From Octopus vulgaris (Eukaryota): a stretch of DNA of 64,000 nucleotides. Shown in pieces: positions 54,770-64,000 of the stretch (its first letter is position 1; the number at the start of each line of letters is the position of its first letter). Below the pieces are notes generated by a model. The model saw nothing but the letters and a program-made list of their open reading frames with translations. It did no database searches and had not been told where the DNA came from. The stretch is taken from assembly GCA_951406725.2 (NCBI GenBank), contig OX597832.1, forward strand, positions 58,218,001 to 58,282,000, in the 5' to 3' direction. The translations under genes and the position numbers were made by a program.

Positions 54770-54960
54770 TTGAAGCGTGGAAGATGTTTATAAGCCATTT
54801 AAAAACACACAAAAACCGTTAGATTCTGTTCACTGATAACATTTCCTGCTGCATCTCAAAACGACGAAAATATTTTGACAAATTAAATTTAAAATGTTGA
54901 AGTGAATCTAACGGTTTTTGTGTGTTTTTAAATGGCTTATAAACACCTTCCACGCTGCAA
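54770..54960. repeat. 57-bp inverted repeat (2 mismatches, 77-nt spacer)
   Basis: 54770-54826 is the reverse complement of 54904-54960. Confidence 0.95.
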
Positions 54961-54984
54961 AATAAATATTGGCGTATAAATAAT

Positions 54985-55374
54985 AATGATCTCAAATGTT
55001 TGACAAAAGGGCCGCTTTTTGGAGGATATTAAGTTGATGGCAGTGTGTAACTGGTACTTGTTTAATCGACACCGAGAGGATGAAGGGTAAAGTCGACCTC
55101 GGCGGAATTTTAACTCAGAACGTAGCGGCAGACGAAATACGTATTTCTTTATTACCCACAAGGGGCTAAACACAGAGAGGACAAACAAGGACAGACAAAC
55201 GGATTAAGTCGATTACATCGACCCCAGTGCGTAACTGGCACTTAATCTATCGACCCTGAAAGGATGAAAGGCAAAGTCGACCTCGGCGGAATTTGAACTG
55301 AGAACGTAGCAGCAGAGGAAATACGGCCACCCATTTCGCCCGGCGTGATAACGATTCTGCCAGCTCGCCGCCTT
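54985..55374 (-). mobile_element. SINE type A dimer
   Basis: Two body units; junction at ~55140 (plus strand CGAAATAC|GTATTTCTTT). Confidence 0.9.
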
Positions 55375-55626
55375 GGCATCAAAATAACGGTGATTATTTT
55401 TATATTTTTTCATCAATCAAACCAGAGAAGTCCAATAATCGAAAAGTAATGTTTCAAATCAGTCCTAAAATGTTTCTACGTTCGTTCGTTTTGGCGATGA
55501 AGTTTTACTGGCGGATGTTCAAAGAGTCTTCATTTCCCAGTCTCATAAAATTTAGCGGGAACAGCTGTATCTCCTAAATTCCTTGTTCTTGATCTTATGA
55601 CGGCAAATATCGAAGAAGCAACTTAC

Positions 55627-55736
55627 GTTTAAGCCTGTGGAAGAAACATAATCTACAGCAGGGACCATAAGATAATTCGATTTCGTGATACGTTGGAGAT
55701 CAATCAGAAATTCTTTGGTGCATCTCTTGCGAAAAT
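55627..55736 (-). CDS. Candidate 110-nt exon of an unidentified minus-strand transcript
   Basis: Strong acceptor (T)n-GC-(T)n-AG| and donor AAC|GTAAGT; single open frame FRKRCTKEFLIDLQRITKSNYLMVPAVDYVSSTGLN. Could be UTR or non-coding. Confidence 0.45.
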
Positions 55737-55945
55737 CTAAAAAAAAAGCAAAAAAAAAAAAGCAACTATAATTGAAAGTTTAAGAAAGAGACAGAATGAT
55801 AGGCAAATAAAAGTATTCAAACGAACCCCGGTATATGACTGGTACATTATCAATTTCGAAAGAATTAAAGATTTGAATTTAAATTCAATTAGCGCACATC
55901 GATCTGCCGTTTGTGCTACCTGGTCATATGTAGTGTGTGTATGTG

Positions 55946-55982
<37 letters not shown>

Positions 55983-56109
55983 TGCGTGTGTGCATAATAA
56001 GTATTTGTATATATTTGCCTATGTAGATATTTGTCTGTATATGTAATAAGTCCATTAGTACGCGTGTGGCTGTTTCTTCTTCTTCTTCTTCTTCTTCTTC
56101 TTCTTCTTC

Positions 56110-56141
<32 letters not shown>

Positions 56142-56269
56142 CCTCCTCCTCCTCCTCCTTCTCCTCCTCACTCTTTTCATCTCTTCCTCTTTCCTCTTTT
56201 TTTCCCCCGTCTCTCCATGTATACGCGCATGCATACACATATGTATGTATGTATGTACATACCCGCACA

Positions 56270-56355
<86 letters not shown>

Positions 56356-56420
56356 GGTCCCGGGTTGAGTCGGGGTTAACCACAGTAAATAAGGTACTCA
56401 ATACATAGCAGAGTAAATTA

Positions 56421-56485
56421 ATATATTTTATAGAAGGAGCTTCTACAGGACTAGAACTGTTTAGTCCTGTAGAAGCTCCTTCTAT

Positions 56486-56494
<9 letters not shown>
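56421..56494. repeat. Perfect 33-bp inverted repeat with an 8-nt loop
   Basis: ATATATTTTATAGAAGGAGCTTCTACAGGACTA-gaactgtt-TAGTCCTGTAGAAGCTCCTTCTATAAAATATAT. Confidence 0.97.
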
Positions 56495-56528
<34 letters not shown>

Positions 56529-56593
56529 TTGTGTGTATAATTATAAATATATATATACATATGTATATAAACATGCACACATATGTATGTATG

Positions 56594-56633
<40 letters not shown>

Positions 56634-57486
56634 CATACATACATATATACATAATATAATTAGTATATTCGTTGCGCTATCCTTCTCCCGTGTTCCTCAT
56701 TAACTTGTATGATTTATGATTCTATTCTCTGCCATCTTCCATGCATTACTCCAAAGAAACAACGAACTCGAATCTGTCGTCGTAACATTCTCGACGCAGC
56801 GTTTCATTTTTCCTGCTTCTCTACCGCCATGTTTGTTGACAGCAACGCTAATACAGAGCAGGGGCCCTCGTGTTACCTTGTAGAATGACAACCTAACAAA
56901 TTTTATTGAACTCCATCACGCACTCTTAATGTTAAAAGACAATAAAGAAACAAGGGAAAAATTTCCCTCTTTCTCCGACTCTTAGATACCGATAATTCTA
57001 TGTGAATGTCGTTGTGTGAGATCTTCTCTGTGTCTAAGATATATATTTCTACTAATTTGTATATGGGAGTACATGCTTGTAAAATGCGTATGCCTGGATG
57101 TATTTGCAAGCATATATGTATCTATCTAAGCGTAAAAATGTACACATATATACGTTTACGTGTATATATATGCATGTATAAAGCGATATAAGGGTAGGTA
57201 TGAATGTATAAATGCATTTCTGTGAGCGTATATTCATATATCCATTTATAAACAAACATGTCGGCGACTGTATCTCTATATACATATATGTATATGTATT
57301 TACACACACGTACACGCACATATGCCTCTCTATATATATTTATGAATGCATATATAAATATACATGTAGAAATATGTACACACATATATATAGATAGATA
57401 CACACACACATATATATATATATATGTAACAAATACATAAATCAAAGTATATATGCATAGATAACCATAACACGTGTCTATTTTTG

Positions 57487-57557
<71 letters not shown>

Positions 57558-57676
57558 TTATCTATCTATCCCTCTATCTCTCTATCTATCCATTTCTCTC
57601 TCCCCCTCTTTCTCTATGTATCTGACTATCAAACTATCCATCTACCTATCTATCTATTTACCAAACTATCTATATT

Positions 57677-57763
<87 letters not shown>

Positions 57764-57857
57764 GTCTATCTATCTACCTCTTTATCTATTCATCTACCTT
57801 CCTGCCTACATACCTACCTACCTGCTTACCTACCTACCTACCTACCTACCTACCTAG

Positions 57858-57901
<44 letters not shown>

Positions 57902-57958
57902 CCACCCATCCACCCGGCCATTCACCATCCATATATACGCAAAAGTGCCATATATATT

Positions 57959-57993
<35 letters not shown>

Positions 57994-58749
57994 CATATAT
58001 ATTTATGCATGTGTGAGTGTGTGCATGTGTGAGTGTGCATGTATGTGTGCATTTCCCTGTGTGTATATGTGTGTGTGTGCGTGAATGTAAACGTTTATGT
58101 GGACGAGTTACAAGGCTTTAAATTAGTTGTGGAGTTGCGTTTGCTAAAAGATTAAAAAAAGAAACAAAAAACAAAACAAAACAAAAAAAAAACGAAAAAA
58201 GAAGAAAAACAACAAACGCCAATAACAACAATGACAACGACAACAACAACAACAACAGCAACAATAGCAACAAAACCCCCGGATAGGTTTTAATAGTAAA
58301 AAGTATAAATAAAACGGAGCAGACGTGATGACGTGGTTTGTGTCAGCTCGTGAAATTGAGCTGAAGTGTTTCTCTCGTAGCGTCTCTTTCTAATTTGACA
58401 TTTTTCGGGATGCAAATTAAATTAAACAAGATTCTGATTGAAGAATTTGATGGAAGAAAAAGCGTGGATGGGTGGATAGAGACGGGGGAGATGTGTGTTG
58501 CTGGTGTTGTTCGTGGCGGTGGTGGTGGTGGCAGTTTAGTGATGGTGGTGTCGGTGTTGGAAGGTGGTGGAAGACGAAGAGAAGTAGAGCAATAAAAGAT
58601 AGACAAGAGACAAAAAGAAAAATGAAAAAAAAAAAGAAAAAAGAAAGCAAATGGAACAACTGAAGAGAATGGAAATCTGAAGAGAATGGTATTATTGAAG
58701 AAAACAAATGTTTGCCAAATAATGGAAGTATAACGCTATTGTCATAGAA

Positions 58750-58821
58750 TAGAAAGAGAGAGCGGCGAAAGTGGTGAGGTGGGAGTGCAGAGAGTAAGAC
58801 ACAGGAACCTTGAAATAAAGA

Positions 58822-58861
<40 letters not shown>

Positions 58862-58888
58862 GGGAGAGGGATGGTGTGTTTGTGATTT

Positions 58889-58919
<31 letters not shown>

Positions 58920-59067
58920 GTGATTGTGAGTGAGAGAGAGAGAGAAATAATGGAAGAGAGAGTGAAAGAGAGAGTGGACTATTGAATCAAAGAAAGAACG
59001 AAAGATGTTTTAAAAATTCGAGAGGGTGAGAAAGAATAACTAAGACAGGGAGAATCGAGAAGAAAAG

Positions 59068-59103
<36 letters not shown>

Positions 59104-59514
59104 AAGAGAGAGAAATAGGGGAGAAAAAAGAGAGAGAGATGGGGGAGAGAAAAGAGAGAGAGACAAAGAATGGAGGAGAGAGAACTACCGAGTTAAATTG
59201 AGAGAAAACAATATTCAAAATGAAAAAAGAAAGAGACAATAAGAGAAAAATGAAAAAGAAGAAGAATGGATAAGAGAAAGAGATTGATGGAGAAAGAAGG
59301 AGAGAAAGGAGATTTAGAAAAAGTGAGACGGAGTGAGAATGAAGGACAGAAGGAGAGAGGACAATCGAGTTAAACAGAGAGATAATGATATTTAAAAATA
59401 TTGAGATAGAAAGAAAAAGTAGAAGAATGAATGAAAATCCAGAAGTGGATTTGGAGAGAGAAAGAAAAAAGAGGAAGAAGAACGAGAGAGAGAGATGCAA
59501 GGAGAGAGAAAGAT

Positions 59515-59551
<37 letters not shown>

Positions 59552-60016
59552 GTGAGAGAGGAAATTGAAGAAAAGTAAGGGAGAGAAATTTTGAGGAAGA
59601 GAAATTTAGACAGAAAGAAGGAAGAATCAATGGGAGTATGAGAGATCGAGTGAGAGAGATTGAGAGTGATGGATATCGTGATTGAGAGAAAGAGAGAGGG
59701 AGAGAGAGGAAGAGAATGGGAGATGGAAGGCAGAGAGAGAGAGAGAGAAGAAAGTTGAGAGAAAGAGAGTTCGAAGAGAGAGAGAGAGAGAAGAGAGTTG
59801 GGAGAAAGAGAGAGAAGAGAGTTGGGAGAAAGTGACAGAGAAGGAGACAGAGAGTTGGAAGACAGAGAGAAAGAAAGAGAGAGAGAGAGAGAGAGAGAAG
59901 AAAGTTGAAAGAAAGATAGAGAGAAAGAGAAAGAGATTTGGAAGAGAGTAAGAGAGAGAAAGAATAGAGTTGGGAGAAAGAGAGAGAGAGAAAAAGAGAA
60001 TTGGAAGACAGAGAGT

Positions 60017-60061
<45 letters not shown>

Positions 60062-60100
60062 GAGAAAAGAGTTGGGAGAAAGAGAAAGAGAGAGACTATA
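58750..60100. repeat. 1.35-kb polypurine (GA-rich) tract with degenerate GAGAGTTGG units
   Basis: Directly visible strand-asymmetric composition. Confidence 0.92.
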
Positions 60101-60529
60101 GCAAAGGAAGTAATAACAATAACAGCCAAAAAAAAAAGCAAGCAACAAAAACAAAAAATTAGCAAAAAATACCTCAAAGCAAAACAAAGAATGAAAACAG
60201 AAAAACAAAGAAAAACGAAAGTAGTTTATCAGACGACAACGACGTGGTAATTATTTGCATAATGCGATTTGCGTGTGAGAGGAGGAAAGTTTCACATCTT
60301 CATTTAGGAATGCGGATGACAACATAAGAGTTGGACTGTAATGGAGGCGCTAAACGTAGTTATAGGGAGCAGTTAGAGTGAAGTTCTTCAGTAGACTTTG
60401 GTAATAAAGTTAATAAGTGGGCAAGAGGCAGATGTAAGCAATTACACGGAATATGGCTGTAGTATATACGGCAAGACTAAACTATACAGATTGAGAATTG
60501 TAATGTGTTTTACGTCGATAGATCTGTCC

Positions 60530-60575
<46 letters not shown>

Positions 60576-60586
60576 GTGTCTGTCTG

Positions 60587-60619
<33 letters not shown>

Positions 60620-60694
60620 GTTTTTATGTATATGTGTATGTACGTGAGTTTGTATGTATGTATGTATGTATGTATGCATGTATGTATCTATCTG

Positions 60695-60727
<33 letters not shown>

Positions 60728-60831
60728 GTTTGTATGTATGTATGTGTGTATGTATGTATGTATGTATGTATGTATGCATGTATGTATCTGTCTGTGTATC
60801 TATCTACCTATCTATCTATCTATCTATCTAC

Positions 60832-60864
<33 letters not shown>

Positions 60865-61899
60865 ATCTATCTTTCTATATATTTATCAATCTATCCATGA
60901 AGGCTTATATATAAACATGTATATATCTCCATGTTTCCTCTATTTAACTCTCAACCTTTCCTCAATTCACGTTCTCTCTCTCTCTCTTTGTGTGTCTGTG
61001 TGTGTATGTGTGTGCTTGCGTGCGTGTGTGTGAGTGTTTCTATGCGTGTTTATATATATTCTTGTATATATATATATAAACTCACCTCCCACACACAGAC
61101 ACTCATCCACACTCACCCGCACACCCACAGACACGCATCCCTCCACGCACCCCTCCACACAAGCGCACAGGAATGAAAAGACAATCACCTAAGAGAAATA
61201 ACTCAGAGTGGAATGTATTTAAGCAATAAAGACGAACAACAGTTTATTACATACCAAATCAGATCGAATTTTTATTCTTTGAAATTATCGCCATTTCCAA
61301 TCGTTTAGTGGTAGAGCGGATCAAATCTAAATGGCAAGGATGGGTGATAATCTCACAAATAAATATTTCTCCAAAATTGAAACGCTATTAAAGAGACAAG
61401 AGGAACATACTGCACACTTGTTTCTGCCTAAATCGGTGTCATCAGCTCAGCAATTTTTCAATCTTATCTCCAGCCGACAGAGTACGTCCATACACGCACA
61501 AATACACTGGAACAGGAACACAAACATACACACGCGCACATGTACAAATGCGCACATACACCCACATACGTACACACACACACACATGCATTTTCTAACC
61601 TTGTTGCATATTTTGTGACGCTGAAATTTACATGAAGGACAGCCATTTCTGTGGAAAAGAAATCAGTTAGTTAGGCTTTAATCTAACGCAGAGGGAATAC
61701 AATCGATTAAAAACTGAATGATCATCTTCGAAACTGACGCAAGATCCATCTGTAATCACGTGCGTTTATATTTGCGTGTGAATGTATCTATGTGTTCTAG
61801 TTTTCAATACTTGTACGTTGCACTCTCAAAATATCTACCCATCCATCCATCCATCCATCCTTTCTTCTACTCCGTCCTCTATTTCTGGGAAGATGGTTG

Positions 61900-62700
61900 G
61901 GGTAGAGGCCCCAGGCACCTTCTCCATACGACTCTATCAGTGACCAATTGAAACTATGGATATTATTCAATCATCTTCTTTTTGGTCTACTCCCAAGTCT
62001 CACATCGATTGGCCCGGCTTAAAGAAACCGTCTTGCGATTCTATCTTGTGATATTCAAACCACATATCTGTAGTAACGTGGCTGTGTCCACTCAATGCGA
62101 AGCAGTACCGACTTGACCTGGAGCGACTCCATGGTCTCTGAGCTATGCACCTGATGTAGACCCTTCGCAGAAACCCCATTTCGGCCTCTAAGGCGGCGAG
62201 CTGGCAGAAACGCTAGCACGCCAGGCGAAATGCTTAGCGGTATTTCGTCTGCCGTTACGTTCTGAGTTCAAATTCCGCCGAGGTCGACTTTGCCTTTCAT
62301 TCTTTCGGGGTCGATTAAATAAGTACCAGTTACGAACTGAGGTGGATATAATCGACTTAATCCGTTTGTCTGTCCTTGTTTGTGCTCTCTGTGTTTAGTC
62401 CCTTGTGGGTAGTAAAGAAACAGGTATTTCGTCTGCCGTTACGTCCTGAGTTCAAATTCCGCCGAGGTCGACTTTGCCTTTCATCATTTCGGGGTCGATT
62501 AAATAAGTACCAGTTACGCACTGGGGTCGATACAATCGACTTAATCCGTTTGTCTGTCCTTGTTTGTCCTATCTGTGTGTAGCCCCTTGTGAGCAGTAAA
62601 GAAATAAGTAACCTCATTTCGGCCTCTTGTATTGCCAACAACACTTTTTCAGTCATTACCTAACTTTCATGATCAGAAGTGAAGAAACGCACGGGAACCG
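61900..62700 (-). mobile_element. Decayed RTE-clade LINE 3' fragment, split by a SINE
   Basis: Minus strand HES*VMTEK..IQEAEM.FLRRV..ESLQV..LLRIE..RYY..RIARR..SRPKRR, a decayed RTE C-terminus. Confidence 0.82.
62190..62609 (+). mobile_element. SINE type A dimer with an 18-bp TSD
   Basis: AACC(C/T)CATTTCGGCCTCT at 62172-62189 and 62610-62627; junction AAAGAAACAG|GTATTTC at ~62423. Confidence 0.95.
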
Positions 62701-63055
62701 AACTAGAGATAGCAGGTTTGGCTTTTCGCCAACTTGTGAGGATGGAATACAGAATCACCTTCCATTCTAACTTCCAATTCAGGCCTCTGTTTTCCCATCA
62801 CACGTGAATAAGGACCAGCGATACTTAAACTTCTCCACATTCGCAAAATATGAATAGGAAAAATCTATCTAATGAGGAAAGGATATAAACCAAACCATCA
62901 AATCTTACGTAAATTAAAATACGTTTGGGGTTTAGTCATAAAATATTAGCAGTAGCAGAGAGAGTTAGATATCATAACGAAAGATCATAAAGAGCAGTTA
63001 ATCGATGGGCTATGATTACCGGTTGCAGCATCTTAACCTAAAGTAATTAACTTAC

Positions 63056-63189
63056 CGATGTCTTAATTGCCCACAGTATTTTCCGATGAGCTGAGTCAAA
63101 TATATTGAGTAGGAAATTGCGCAATGTACTTAATTCCAGCTCCAAGTTAGATACACGGATATTTATGGATTTATTTTTTAATTTCCTAC
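63056..63189 (-). CDS. Candidate 134-nt exon of an unidentified minus-strand transcript
   Basis: Donor TCG|GTAAGT, acceptor TTATCACTAG|, open frame GRKLKNKSINIRVSNLELELSTLRNFLLNIFDSAHRKILWAIKTS. Confidence 0.3.
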
Positions 63190-63264
63190 CTAGTGATAAA
63201 TGGACATCGATTTCAGTAGTTATTTTCTTTGCAAAACATAGAAACAAGGTTATGTGGAATGGGA

Positions 63265-63356
<92 letters not shown>

Positions 63357-63367
63357 AACACACACAG

Positions 63368-63435
<68 letters not shown>

Positions 63436-63525
63436 TTATATACACTTACTTGGAAATGGATGTATGGCGTTCAATCAAGTAATATATATATATATATGCA
63501 TATACACACACACACATTCATTTAC

Positions 63526-63562
<37 letters not shown>

Positions 63563-64000
63563 TATAAATACGTATAATTGTCCTTGACGTAATATATTTG
63601 TGCATGTATGCATGTATGTATTTATACACACAAACACACACACAACTTCAATATAAATGAGAGTGTATGTGTACATAACGGAAAGGGTCTGAGGCGATGG
63701 GTCCTCGAGAAAAACGGATTTCATTTCCTACCAAATCTGGGTCCCAGCGACAAGGTTTTCGCTTATAATTAATCAAAAAACATAATTTCATACGAGAAAT
63801 AACTCAGGAAGTCACCAACAGTAAACAATATGAAATACGAAAAGAAATGAGTTCAATACGCAAACAACGATAGAAACAAATGGAATACAGGTCAAGTAAC
63901 ACAAAGAACAAACCCTTCATCAGTTGTCGGCGGCTGTCTATCTACTCCTCATTTCGAGCATTGAACGACAATATGAGTCTTCGAAGACAGTTGCTCCAAA

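Overview
This is AT-rich eukaryotic, intergenic/intronic DNA dominated by microsatellites and interspersed repeats. The repeat content suggests an octopod cephalopod, which is an inference. Almost all supplied ORFs are translations of microsatellites or SINEs, and no intact, nameable protein-coding gene is visible. Supported features are: about 40 copies of four tRNA-derived SINE types (labelled A-D here, my own labels), several with clean 15-20 bp target-site duplications (TSDs); three decayed mariner elements, one rebuilt as a foldback from two 3' ends; Tc1-like and hAT-like MITEs; non-autonomous Helitrons; R4/Dong-, Tx1- and RTE-clade LINE fragments; a 5'-truncated 5S rRNA pseudogene; and a few isolated candidate exons. 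The best candidates for novelty are: (i) several unrelated short repeats, probably Penelope-like element (PLE) termini, sitting in (TA)n tracts and carrying minimal hammerhead-ribozyme-like motifs with non-canonical cores; (ii) a SINE that moves as a fixed-junction head-to-tail dimer; (iii) mix-and-match SINE heads and tails; (iv) a high density of long hairpins and inverted SINE pairs. Family names are from motif recall, not database searches.
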